Of a DNA stretch of 64,000 nucleotides, positions 8,658 through 18,698 are shown in pieces. This DNA comes from Naegleria gruberi. Lineage: Eukaryota. The stretch is from assembly GCA_000004985.1 (NCBI GenBank), contig GG738874.1. The stretch is one strand, 5' to 3'. The position numbers and the translations under genes were made by a program. How positions within the stretch are numbered: position 1 is the stretch's first letter; every line of letters starts with the position of its first letter. The notes beneath the pieces were generated by a model. The model worked only from the letters and a program-made list of their open reading frames with translations. It was not told the DNA's origin and searched no databases.

Positions 8658-10346
8658 ATGTCTCAAGGTTCTCCACAGGTTTTGTTTGAGGACGCTAAGG
8701 CCTATTTGCAAACAACAAATGAAAATGGAAAATCCATTTATGATATGTTAATAGATATTGTTTCATATTTACAGGATCATAAGGATGCTAAGGAAATTAA
8801 TTTAAAAAAACTTGTTGAACAATTATCCGAAGATGGATTTAAATATGGAGAACGATCAGGATTTGATGAATTATGGAAATTATCTAAACCTAATCCCGAG
8901 TCATGCAATAAAGCTAGAGAAATAGTGGAGGTTCTTTCAAAACAACAAAATGTAATGAAGGAAGAATTCTCAAAGAGAAAAAAAGCAATTGAAGAATTGA
9001 ATGTAAAGAAAGATGGTGATGATGATAATCAAGATGATCCAGTAGAAGAAAATCCAGATATTATGTATTTGTACAGTAACGAAGATGGTGTTTCTAATTT
9101 GATTGAGGATTTTTATGCTTTAGAATTAGTAGGAGTAGGTTTGCCACATGAGGAAATTGCGAAACTTTCAGTTGCTATTCAAAATTTGAAATCATCAAAG
9201 TCTTTACGGTATTTAAGATTTGTAGGAAAAATACTAGGAATTGAATCGCATTACTATGTTGTTGAAAGTAATTACTACTTTAAAGAAAAAGTTCCACAAG
9301 ATAAAATTCATGAAAGTGGAGGTAAAGCTGGTTTAAATAGATTTACATATTGGGTATTGAGATCTAAGGATTCATTGACTAATTTTGTAAATTTACCTGA
9401 TGTAACACCTCAACAAATTAATGCTGCAAGAAATATTTCAAAATTATTTACAGGTAATTTAGAAAAGGAAATTATTTCATATCCTCCATTCCCAGGTAAT
9501 GAAGCAAATTACTTGAGAGCTCAAATAGCAAGAATTGTGCATTCAACAACTATTGCACCATTTGATCTATTTGAAGAGAGAGAAGTAACAGAAGCCAATG
9601 ACGAAGATGATGACGATTCAAATGAAAAGAAGAAGAAGAATGAAATTAAATATAAGGAAGTATTACCTCCACCAGTTAAAACCAAAGCATTTGAATTGAA
9701 AGATCCAGAAGGAATGAAATCACTTGAACATTGGGTTCATCTCTATCCAGGTATTTTGAAATCAGGATTTATTACTAAGGAACCACTTCCTGGTGATCAA
9801 GAACCAGCTGATCCAGAGGATGATAAAGATCCAGAAGTACCAAGTTTCAAATTATTACAGGAAGATGATGGTCTCAAAAAATGTAAAGAGGCAGGAGCTT
9901 CACCAAAGAAAAAGTCAGAAGATGATGATAATGATGACGATGGAGAAAATAAGGAAGCAAAACTTTCATGTTGGAAAGTTAGTTTCAGTAATGTGAGAAA
10001 ACAGACATGTCATCACAAATCATTCAAAGTGGTTATGCTTAGTAGTTTGAGATGGCAAGGTGCTCACACATTTTATAGAAATATTGGACCAATTTGTCAT
10101 TTTGGTAATGTGTACATTGGATATGGTATTAAGAATACTGGTATTCCTTACACTCCAATTCTTCCTTCAAAGGTTGTTGAAGATGTTAAAGAACCAGTTG
10201 ACCAAGTGGATCCAAAACCAAATGATGCTAAGAGAATGTTACAAGGTCTTGAACCAACTAGTGAAGATAAACCAGAGGATGATAATCCAAATGACGACGA
10301 AGATGGAGGTAATGATAATGATCCTGAAGAAGAGGATGATGAATAA
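8658..10346 (+). CDS. acidic protein resembling radial spoke head protein 4/6 (RSPH4A/RSPH6A family)
   Basis: 562-aa ORF; ATG at 8658 in aaaaaATG context. N-terminal block FEDAKAYLQTTNENGKSIYDMLIDIVSYL and C-terminal block LSSLRWQGAHTFYRNIGPICHFGNVYIGYGIKN match my memory of Radial_spoke family conserved regions. Asp/Glu-rich termini are typical of RSP4/6. The call rests on recollection, not a search. Confidence 0.5.
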   Translation: MSQGSPQVLFEDAKAYLQTTNENGKSIYDMLIDIVSYLQDHKDAKEINLKKLVEQLSEDGFKYGERSGFDELWKLSKPNPESCNKAREIVEVLSKQQNVMKEEFSKRKKAIEELNVKKDGDDDNQDDPVEENPDIMYLYSNEDGVSNLIEDFYALELVGVGLPHEEIAKLSVAIQNLKSSKSLRYLRFVGKILGIESHYYVVESNYYFKEKVPQDKIHESGGKAGLNRFTYWVLRSKDSLTNFVNLPDVTPQQINAARNISKLFTGNLEKEIISYPPFPGNEANYLRAQIARIVHSTTIAPFDLFEEREVTEANDEDDDDSNEKKKKNEIKYKEVLPPPVKTKAFELKDPEGMKSLEHWVHLYPGILKSGFITKEPLPGDQEPADPEDDKDPEVPSFKLLQEDDGLKKCKEAGASPKKKSEDDDNDDDGENKEAKLSCWKVSFSNVRKQTCHHKSFKVVMLSSLRWQGAHTFYRNIGPICHFGNVYIGYGIKNTGIPYTPILPSKVVEDVKEPVDQVDPKPNDAKRMLQGLEPTSEDKPEDDNPNDDEDGGNDNDPEEEDDE

Positions 10347-10361
10347 AAATGTTTATTATAA

Positions 10362-13300
10362 TTACATGAGTTTCTTAACTTCATTGTGTAAGATGACTAA
10401 AAAATCAGAGTATGACTTATCAACTGGACTTGATGAAATTCCAGAACCAAACTTATCTTCAACCATTCTAATAAAGAATGATCCATCTGTTCCTTCATTA
10501 CTTTCCTTATAAATATAAATTCCACCATGTTGAACACCTCTGGAAATTAATTCCTTTACAATGAATTGAACCTTACTAGAATAAGGAGCATTAGGAATTG
10601 ATAAATCATCAACATTTAAATTTTCTAACATTGAGAATACAGGTTTAGAAGTTGAAAGTGTAATTTGATCGATAGAATCAACTCCAAATAATTCTTGAAT
10701 TCTATCTTGAGGAGCATCTTTACCAATCCAGAATAAACATTCATTTCCATCACTCATTAAATAAATTCCATCAGAAGAAACAATACTTGATGAAGGAGGT
10801 AAAATTGGTGGCATTGGATATCTTGAACCATCACTATTATATGATATTGGAATAATTTCATCTTGTTCATTATCTTCTTGATCATGTACTTCATCATTGA
10901 AAGTTAAATTTTGAATTTCATATAAACGTGGATAACAATAATTAATAGCTTGAGCACATGAAAATTTCATCAATAAATGGAAAGAATGAATTTTCTTATC
11001 AAGTGAAACACGTGTATAACGACAGAAAGCAGGTGATTTTGCTAAACCTAAAAAGTATAAAGGTAAATATTTCAAAGTTTCAGGTAAAACTAAATGACTT
11101 GATCCAGAATTTGTTGTACAATTCTTTCTATAACATGCTAATAAATTTGTTAATCTATCACAAATCATATCACGAACAGTATCTAAAGTATCTCTATTTT
11201 GAATTACTTGATGAACAAATAAACGTGAATAAAGAGCTAAACAAGCACCAATATCAGATCTTCTATATAAAGTATTAAAATCAGTTGCAGTTTTCAATTT
11301 TAAAGTTTGAACACGTAAATATCTTTTACCATCAGATGAATTTGTATAAACAAGTGCACATTGAATATAATGATTACCAGATTCACTTGCACCTAATAAA
11401 TTACTTTCATCATGTTTAAATTCAACACCAAATGATGTATCAGAATCAATAACTGCCAAATCCATAACTTCATCTTGTTGTTGTAAAAAGTGACCAAAAT
11501 ATCTTCTAATACCAATACCACTACTTGTTCTAATTTTGAAAATTGCATCATAACCTGATTCTCTTTCTAAATGTCTATTTAAATCTAAAATTAAACGTTC
11601 TTCATCTCTTTTAACACTAAATTGATGATATAAATAAACATGTCCACCTGTTGTTTGTGCTGCTGATGATAAATTAGCTGTTTCTATATATGTTTTTGGG
11701 AATAGGAAAATATCAATACCAATAGCCTTCTTAGCACATGAAATTCCTAAATTCTTCCAAAATCCTAATTCTGGAATGAAAATTTCCTTCTCTCTATCTG
11801 TACCATATAATTTATATGGATTTCTTCTTTCTTGATCAGATTCAGAGGCATTTGGTCCAAGAGTAAAATTACCTTGTCCCAAAGTTGGAATTTTTGAAGT
11901 GAAAAGTAAAACTCTACCACCACTTTCACTCAATAATTCTTCTGCACATTTCATTGCACTACCTGCAACATTATCATTGGAACGTTCACCAAGTTTTGAT
12001 GCTGTTTCATAGAAACGATTAAAAAATTCATCAACTTGTTCATGATTAACATGTTCACTACTTGTTGATGATCCATAAATAATATCACCAAATGTAATGG
12101 AAGCTTCTTGATGAATTGGTACAAATGAATTTTGTAAATCTGCAACAATCATCACTTGAGGATGAACATGTTTGATTTCACTTGTGTTATTATTATTATT
12201 ATTACCATTGTTACCAATATTATTATTGTTATTACTATTAATTGTATTATTATTAGATTTTCTAAAATTATAAAATTGAATATTCTTTGCAAAAGTAATA
12301 AAAACAACGTTGGAATTTCTAAATTTTGGACCAAAAGTTTTGAAACAAGTTTTTAAACCTTCAATAACAGATCTTAAAAGACCAGATTCAATAGCATCAT
12401 GACCAACATCAATAACATAAACAAATGTTTGTGGTTTTGGTTCTCTTGCCTTACTATTATATTGTTGAGTTGCAATAAAATCAACATCACCAACACTTAA
12501 TTCTGGTCTTTGTAAAATATCAGTTCTAACACCATAAACATCTGTTGGACAATAATACCAATCAGGTGTATTATTTGAAAATCCACAAAAATTACATTGA
12601 TACTTCTTTCCATTATCAACAAATTTCATAAATGGATTCATATAAGCTCTACATCTTGAACATCTTAAAATTTCATAATTAGTAAAATCAACAATTGGAG
12701 TATGATTTGGTTGATCTTGTGGATTTAAATTTGCCATTGGTTGAACAATTGCACCCATCATTAATTGTGATGCATCAAGTAATTTCTTTGTATTTGGAAC
12801 ACAATAAAGAGTTGGTCTAATACGATGTGGTGTACATGATCCTCTACAAATAATTTTCATTCTTCTATCTGCTGGTGGAGGTGGTACATTAAAATAAGGT
12901 GTAATATTTGATGTATTGGGTCCTTGTTGAATAGCATTAGTATTGAATGGTAAATTTGGACTAGATGATCCAAATAATCCACTTAAAACACCTCCTCCAT
13001 TGTTATTAGTGTTATTGTTATTGTTATTCATTTGTTGTGATTGACCTCCCAATGCAAAATTATTCAATGTTGATGAAGATCCTAAACTTGTAACTGGACT
13101 ATTCATTGAATTTGTTAACATGTAATGTTCTAAAAAGCTTGCTGTTTCATATTCATGCATTGTAGTATGTTCTTTCAATGGTAATATAGCTGGTGTTGGC
13201 ATGGAAGAGGCTTTTTGTACCTTTTTAGGAACACCTAAATTATTAGGAGTATTTTGAGTAGTAGGTGTAGTAGTACTTTGATCTGGTATCATTGAGTTTG

Positions 13301-13886
13301 TAGTAGAAAAACCAGAATTGGATGATACTTGTTGTTGTTGCATAAAACCTTGTTGTTGTTGTACCAATGGAGTTGAGAAGGAAGAAACATGTGGATGTGC
13401 AGAAGTAGCAGATGTTTGTCCAGTAGAATCTCTTGGATCAAAACTTAAACTTGTTGGTGGAGGTGGTAAGGCTGCTGTTGTTGTATTAGTAGTACCCATC
13501 ATACTTGTTGGAGTTGAAGGATTATTCATCATTGGATTAAAGAATTGTTGTTGCTGTTGATGAGGAATATTCATTGTAGGAGGTGGAGTTGTAGTTGTAT
13601 TACTACCCATCATCATTGGATTATAAAAACCTTGTGTTGATTGTTGTTGTTGTTGTTGATTCATCATTGGATTGTAAAAGCCTTGTTGTTGTTGTTGAGG
13701 ATTGAAAAAACCACCAACAGTAGGACTTTCAGTAGCTTGTTGTTGTTGTGGATTATAAAAGCCTTGTTGTTGTTGACCAAATCCACCATTGTTATCACCA
13801 CCACCCATTGTTGATGATGATGGTTGTTGTGGTGGTTGTTGTTGTTGATTCAACGCAGTGTTCGGCATAAAAAATTGTTGAGACAT
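10362..13886 (-). CDS. COPII vesicle coat subunit Sec24
   Basis: 1174-aa intronless ORF. Q/P/N-rich N-terminus. Sec23/24 zinc finger (YQCNFCGFSNNTPDWYYCPTD; CSRCRAYMNPFMKF), then trunk, beta-barrel, helical and gelsolin-like regions with good conservation (GGRVLLFTS, IRTSSGIGIRRYFGHF). Confidence 0.85.
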   Translation of the reverse strand: MSQQFFMPNTALNQQQQPPQQPSSSTMGGGDNNGGFGQQQQGFYNPQQQQATESPTVGGFFNPQQQQQGFYNPMMNQQQQQQSTQGFYNPMMMGSNTTTTPPPTMNIPHQQQQQFFNPMMNNPSTPTSMMGTTNTTTAALPPPPTSLSFDPRDSTGQTSATSAHPHVSSFSTPLVQQQQGFMQQQQVSSNSGFSTTNSMIPDQSTTTPTTQNTPNNLGVPKKVQKASSMPTPAILPLKEHTTMHEYETASFLEHYMLTNSMNSPVTSLGSSSTLNNFALGGQSQQMNNNNNNTNNNGGGVLSGLFGSSSPNLPFNTNAIQQGPNTSNITPYFNVPPPPADRRMKIICRGSCTPHRIRPTLYCVPNTKKLLDASQLMMGAIVQPMANLNPQDQPNHTPIVDFTNYEILRCSRCRAYMNPFMKFVDNGKKYQCNFCGFSNNTPDWYYCPTDVYGVRTDILQRPELSVGDVDFIATQQYNSKAREPKPQTFVYVIDVGHDAIESGLLRSVIEGLKTCFKTFGPKFRNSNVVFITFAKNIQFYNFRKSNNNTINSNNNNNIGNNGNNNNNNTSEIKHVHPQVMIVADLQNSFVPIHQEASITFGDIIYGSSTSSEHVNHEQVDEFFNRFYETASKLGERSNDNVAGSAMKCAEELLSESGGRVLLFTSKIPTLGQGNFTLGPNASESDQERRNPYKLYGTDREKEIFIPELGFWKNLGISCAKKAIGIDIFLFPKTYIETANLSSAAQTTGGHVYLYHQFSVKRDEERLILDLNRHLERESGYDAIFKIRTSSGIGIRRYFGHFLQQQDEVMDLAVIDSDTSFGVEFKHDESNLLGASESGNHYIQCALVYTNSSDGKRYLRVQTLKLKTATDFNTLYRRSDIGACLALYSRLFVHQVIQNRDTLDTVRDMICDRLTNLLACYRKNCTTNSGSSHLVLPETLKYLPLYFLGLAKSPAFCRYTRVSLDKKIHSFHLLMKFSCAQAINYCYPRLYEIQNLTFNDEVHDQEDNEQDEIIPISYNSDGSRYPMPPILPPSSSIVSSDGIYLMSDGNECLFWIGKDAPQDRIQELFGVDSIDQITLSTSKPVFSMLENLNVDDLSIPNAPYSSKVQFIVKELISRGVQHGGIYIYKESNEGTDGSFFIRMVEDKFGSGISSSPVDKSYSDFLVILHNEVKKLM

Positions 13887-13920
13887 TTTTTGCTGATAAA
13901 AACTCTTCCTATCATCTGAA

Positions 13921-13928
13921 TGACGTCA
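13921..13928. promoter_or_regulatory. perfect CRE/ATF-type palindrome TGACGTCA in the divergent promoter between Sec24 (-) and the 14421 gene (+)
   Basis: gaaTGACGTCAtaat. Confidence 0.25.
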
Positions 13929-14420
13929 TAATATTATTATGTAATGTTGTTCATATTATCTAAAAGTGTTAATTTGACGATAGAGAAGGGTAGCAGTCCA
14001 ATTTGCCGAGTCGACTTGAAATTACAGACTGCTAAAAATAAATAATTCTTCATCTGACTTTTGAGAAAAATCAGAAAAACTCGATTACTAAATTGAATTA
14101 ATTGGATTCGGATTCATTATGTGATATTAGTGTTAGTCATTGGTGTTATTGTTTTACCTTGAAGTCTGACAATTCCGCACGTGTTTTTCATTTACCAAAT
14201 CTGAATTTAAAAATAAACCAAATTCAATTTATTTATGTTGTAAACCCGGAAAACGTGTAGATCGACTCGGTATTTTTTACTTCTACCTAGAGAAGTGGAA
14301 GAAGGAAACAAAAAATTAGCAAATATGATAATATTATCATTGTAAAGTTATTTAGATCTTTGAGTTCATTCACTTGGTAGTGATGAAAAAGCAAATTAAT
14401 CTAAAAATAAATATAAAAAA

Positions 14421-15935
14421 ATGTCTGAAAGTAAAGAAGGCTGTTTTGAAAAAGTTGCAAATTCATATGAAAGTGATGATGATGAAAAATTATCAATTGA
14501 TGATTTATATGCATTGGCTATTGAATTAAAATATGAAGGAAAACATAAAATGGCAAAACAATCATGTATTGAAGGAATTGAAAAATTAAAATCATCATCA
14601 TCTTTTACTAAAGAAGAAAGATCACTTTTAATTTCATTTTATAATTTAATTTCACAAATATGTATGGATTTAAAGGAATATGAAAATTCAATTGATTATT
14701 GTAAATTATTAATTGAATTGGATTCAAATTATTTTGAGGCTAGATATAGAATGGCATATTTGTTAAATTATTTGAAATTAAATGATTTATCTATTAATTT
14801 AATTAATGAATCATTGAATTTAATTGATAATAATCATCCTTTAAAGGAAAAATTTAAATCACTTTTGGAAAGTATTGAAAAATCAAAAGAACATCATCAC
14901 CATCATCACCACCACCATCATCATGATGATTGTGATGATTGTAAAGTTAAATCAAAAGATGATAAGATTTTTGTACATTTAATTAGAAAATTTGGAGAAT
15001 TTTCAAACATTGACCCATTTATTAGTATGATTGAAGGGAAAAAGAATCACTATATCATGACAAATCAAGTACAAAGTAGTGAAAAGGCAATGAAGCATTC
15101 TAATAATGATATTGTCATGCAGTGTATGAATTTTCATAAGAATATTGTGAAAAATGATACTTCTAGTGAATCTTTCCATTTATTAATTCTAGTTAATTCC
15201 TCATTCTCTGTTGAAGAATTTAAGAATGATGAATTATTCATATTGGTTCATAGTTGTGCAGTCATCGAAACAAATAGATTTTTTGAAGATATTAGGAATA
15301 GCTCTGAAATGGTTGAAATGATAGAATCGAGTAATATTTTCATTCTAGACAATCATTCTACAGAGGTTAAAGAAGCTATTGAATGTTTGAGTTGTAATTC
15401 AAGTGTAATTTCAATGGATCAACTGAAACCAAATACTATTATCCACTCAATTTTAGGATTTGACTTTGAAACTTATTTGAATGATATGGGCTGGATGAAA
15501 TTGATTTCCAACCAACAAGTCAAGTCAACAGATACAGTAGTACCATTCGTTTTCACATCAAGAAAACCACTCAATGTTGACAAGTTAAGATTGCTTTTTT
15601 CTTCTGATAATTCTCAGATAGATAACTTGAAAAGTATTGTATTGAGATCTAAGGGATTTGTATGGAATTGTAATGATAATAATTATCTTTATGATTGGTC
15701 ATTTTCTAGTAATGAATTGAAGATTGAAAAGAAGATGCTCTTTTTAGCAGCCTATGATAAACTGAATAGATTACATCCTCTAAGAGTTGAAGAATTGAAA
15801 AAGATTAACAAGTGGATTGAACCTATGGGAGATAGAAGGAATGAAATAGCATTTATTTGTAGAAAGACAAATTCAATTCCAGATCCAGAAAAATTCATCC
15901 ATTCATTCTTAAGTGGATTCCAACTTGATCAATAA
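14421..15935 (+). CDS. hypothetical protein: TPR-like N-terminus, His11 run, C-terminal region resembling the CobW/COG0523 C-terminal domain (no GTPase P-loop)
   Basis: 504-aa ORF. SKEHHHHHHHHHHHDDCDDCK (CAT/CAC repeat at about 14884-14925). C-terminal LKSIVLRSKGFVWNCNDNNYLYDWSFSSNELKIE resembles the CobW_C pattern (vlRaKGfvwl...). No GxxxxGK[ST] motif. Confidence 0.4.
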   Translation: MSESKEGCFEKVANSYESDDDEKLSIDDLYALAIELKYEGKHKMAKQSCIEGIEKLKSSSSFTKEERSLLISFYNLISQICMDLKEYENSIDYCKLLIELDSNYFEARYRMAYLLNYLKLNDLSINLINESLNLIDNNHPLKEKFKSLLESIEKSKEHHHHHHHHHHHDDCDDCKVKSKDDKIFVHLIRKFGEFSNIDPFISMIEGKKNHYIMTNQVQSSEKAMKHSNNDIVMQCMNFHKNIVKNDTSSESFHLLILVNSSFSVEEFKNDELFILVHSCAVIETNRFFEDIRNSSEMVEMIESSNIFILDNHSTEVKEAIECLSCNSSVISMDQLKPNTIIHSILGFDFETYLNDMGWMKLISNQQVKSTDTVVPFVFTSRKPLNVDKLRLLFSSDNSQIDNLKSIVLRSKGFVWNCNDNNYLYDWSFSSNELKIEKKMLFLAAYDKLNRLHPLRVEELKKINKWIEPMGDRRNEIAFICRKTNSIPDPEKFIHSFLSGFQLDQ

Positions 15936-15944
15936 TAATAATTA

Positions 15945-17267
15945 TTATTTCTTATTGGCATTCAATCTTTCAATAGCTTTTTCTCTAATCTTTTGTACAG
16001 GAAGAGGGAAATCTTCTTCAATTTGTTTGAGAGATTCTTTTGTTAACACGTACAAATCGCAATATGTACCAGCTCTTACTGAAGCCATTCTAGTTTGGTC
16101 CATAATCACACTGATTTCACCAAAGAATTTACCAGCATCCAATGTTGCTAATACTTTTGGTTCAGGATCTTCAGTAACAACTTGAACATAACCTTTCAAA
16201 ATAAAGTACATTTCTCTTCCAATTTCACCCTTCTTCACAATCTTAGTTCCTGGCAAAACGACTTGAGGTCTGAGAGCCATGACCATTGATGTAATAAATG
16301 TTTTGTTAGCACCTTCGACTTTAAACAAATCGACTTTCTCAATAAGTTCAGCATTCATTGAAAGATAAATTTCAGATTGTAAATACCAAGGAAGATCTTC
16401 TAATACAAGAGTTTCATCCCAACCAGATCTAGCTTTCCAAACGAAATGATAATATCTTTCAATTTTTCCTCTAATAGTTTCTGGAATCTTTCTATAGGTC
16501 ATGTACTGCTTGAGAGAGTCAAGCTTTTGCTTTCTCTTTGATTTTTCTTGATTGCTTGATTCTAAAATGTTACCCACGGCACCGACGACTAAAATCACTA
16601 GAGCTACACCTACAATATTACAAGCTTGAGAAAAGACACATTGACTAATTGTAACAGGAGATGAACCCCCATAACCTGTCATGGAAGTAAGGACCCACAT
16701 AAATCCTCTGATATATCTCGACATGGCACCAGGAATTGATTTATCTTGGATAATGGTCGATTTCTGTGTCCATACCTGAACTGTTTGAACTGGATCGGTC
16801 ATTACAATAATATACCAACCACAAGCTAAGCAGTGAGTTGCAATGAAGAAGTAAAACACGTATCTCAGAATTTGAATAGCAGTAATTGGAATAATTTCAA
16901 CTTCAGACTCAAACTGACTAAAGTACTGATTGATTCTGACAGCCCTAACACATCTAATCATTCTAATCCACATTCCCAATTTCAAATCAATTATCAATAA
17001 AACATAATCCAATGGTATCATGGATATTAAATCTGTGTAGAAGAAAAATGTTTTAACATATTTCTTTGAAATCATTTTGTAATCATAAATATATATACCA
17101 TCTGTTCCAGAAATTCTTTTAAAGAAACAGAGAATAAAGTCAAATAATAAAATAAGGTCAGCTGTCACATCAAATATTACCCAAATGCCTGACCATAATG
17201 GTTGATTCATGTATGTATACAAAGTAACTCTTAATGTTACTGTAAAGAAATTATAAAAAGTGGCCAA
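15945..17267 (-). CDS. cyclic-nucleotide-binding-domain K+ channel (S4-like segment, pore TSMTGYGG, C-linker + CNBD); N-terminal exon(s) probably upstream of 17267
   Basis: Arg-rich S4-like helix RMIRCVRAVRINQY. K+ selectivity signature LTSMTGYGGSSP. CNBD motifs FGEISVIMDQTRMASVRAGTYCDLYVLTKESL. The reading frame stays open upstream of the track start (the track's first residue is a TTG codon, no ATG), so a 5' exon is inferred. Confidence 0.65.
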   Translation of the reverse strand: MATFYNFFTVTLRVTLYTYMNQPLWSGIWVIFDVTADLILLFDFILCFFKRISGTDGIYIYDYKMISKKYVKTFFFYTDLISMIPLDYVLLIIDLKLGMWIRMIRCVRAVRINQYFSQFESEVEIIPITAIQILRYVFYFFIATHCLACGWYIIVMTDPVQTVQVWTQKSTIIQDKSIPGAMSRYIRGFMWVLTSMTGYGGSSPVTISQCVFSQACNIVGVALVILVVGAVGNILESSNQEKSKRKQKLDSLKQYMTYRKIPETIRGKIERYYHFVWKARSGWDETLVLEDLPWYLQSEIYLSMNAELIEKVDLFKVEGANKTFITSMVMALRPQVVLPGTKIVKKGEIGREMYFILKGYVQVVTEDPEPKVLATLDAGKFFGEISVIMDQTRMASVRAGTYCDLYVLTKESLKQIEEDFPLPVQKIREKAIERLNANKK

Positions 17268-17660
17268 GAAACAAAGGAATACCCAAAGTGTTGCTAATTT
17301 ATACCTCTCGGGTATTGTTAGTGGTTCTACTACTTGTGTTTTCCAATATCTAAATTGTTGTTTAAATTACTATTTGAAATTAAACCAACCTTTGAAATGT
17401 TTCCTTCCTTGATTCATGTTCTTCAACTTTAATTACTAATTGTTTATCCTTTCCGACTTCTTCCTATTATTATTGGTTTTTCATTAAGATGGATCTAAAT
17501 AGTGTGATCTTACCTCCTTCATCCACTTGGGTGGTTTTATTTCCTTCACCTTCTTCTTTGGTTTTTCAGGCTCTTTTGGTGGTTGTGTTGCAGCAGGAGG
17601 TGGTTGTGAACTCATTTTTCTTTATAAATTACTTTGTTGTTCAACTACAATGTTATCAAT

Positions 17661-17672
17661 TTTGGCGGGAAG
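17661..17672 (+). promoter_or_regulatory. E2F-like TTTGGCGGGAAG motif 12 bp upstream of the EF-hand gene ATG
   Basis: Matches the classical E2F site TTTGGCGGGAA. Confidence 0.35.
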
Positions 17673-17683
17673 AATTTAAAAAA

Positions 17684-18268
17684 ATGTCTCGACCAATTAT
17701 TACCACTTCTTCTTTTCCTCAGACAACAACAACAATACAGAGTCATAATATCAATGGAGGACGCATTGTCTCAATGACATCGGTGTTTGAAACACCTCTC
17801 ACCAATAGAATGAAAAGAGATATTGAAGAGATATTTGAATTGTATGATACCGATCGGAAGGGTTACCTAACTAAAATTGAATATAAATTAGCTTACATAT
17901 CACTCATGGGACATAAACCATCAAAGTTTGAAAGGAAGGAATTGTTTTCATCAAGTAGACCTGTAGTAAGGAGACAATTCTTCATGGAATTGATGAATAA
18001 GAAATTAATGAGATCTGATCAGCAAGATAGAATCAGAGAAATATTCAATACAATTGACAGTGAAAGGAAAGGCTTTATTACTCTTAAGGATTTAACTAGG
18101 AGTGTATCTGCAATTTTAAATTATGAAAAACAATTTGGAAAAGGAACAAATAGTTTATCAAGTTTAGGATTGGAATCTCTATTGACTGAATTTGATGTTG
18201 ATAGAGCAAATAGAATCAGTTATACTACATTTTGTTCATTAATTTTGAAAAATAATTTAACAGTGTAG
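17684..18268 (+). CDS. EF-hand calcium-binding protein
   Basis: ATG at 17684 (aaaaaaATG). Two clear EF-hand loops: YDTDRKGYLTKIEY and IDSERKGFITLKDL. The track ORF starts earlier at a non-ATG codon. Confidence 0.6.
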   Translation: MSRPIITTSSFPQTTTTIQSHNINGGRIVSMTSVFETPLTNRMKRDIEEIFELYDTDRKGYLTKIEYKLAYISLMGHKPSKFERKELFSSSRPVVRRQFFMELMNKKLMRSDQQDRIREIFNTIDSERKGFITLKDLTRSVSAILNYEKQFGKGTNSLSSLGLESLLTEFDVDRANRISYTTFCSLILKNNLTV

Positions 18269-18525
18269 TTTTCTTATCAAGTTGATCCTTTCATGGATTT
18301 TAGAGCTTGAAAATTGGTTCAGATCCAATACTCAATTGACTTGCTGTTTGCTTACCATCCTTTCAGAATATCATGCAACTTCATTGAGAATCACTATCCA
18401 GAATTGACTGAGTTATTGAGTAATAATCCTAGAGTCAAGTTTAAAAATAGATATTTCTATAATTGGAATAACAATTTTAAAATTGAAAATAAAATTAAAA
18501 CAATATTTTTAACATCAAGACAAGA

Positions 18526-18597
18526 AGCAAATTGGCGCAGTGGAAGCGCGATGGGCTCATAACCCATAGGTCCTAGGATCGAAACCTAGATTTGCTA
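18526..18597 (+). tRNA. initiator tRNA-Met (anticodon CAT)
   Basis: AGCAAAT acceptor stem pairing with ATTTGCT (A1:U72, the eukaryotic initiator hallmark). D-arm GCGC/AGTGGAA/GCGC. Anticodon arm ATGGG-CTCATAA-CCCAT with three G:C pairs. T-arm CTAGG-ATCGAAA-CCTAG (A54/A60 initiator T-loop, AUCGAAA). Discriminator A. Confidence 0.85.
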
Positions 18598-18698
18598 AAC
18601 CTTTTGGTTTTTTAAGTTTTTTTATGATTTGAATATATTTTGAGATAATAGGAAGTGATAATGAGTTCATATCAACTGGTTTCAATTTACTAAATCAA

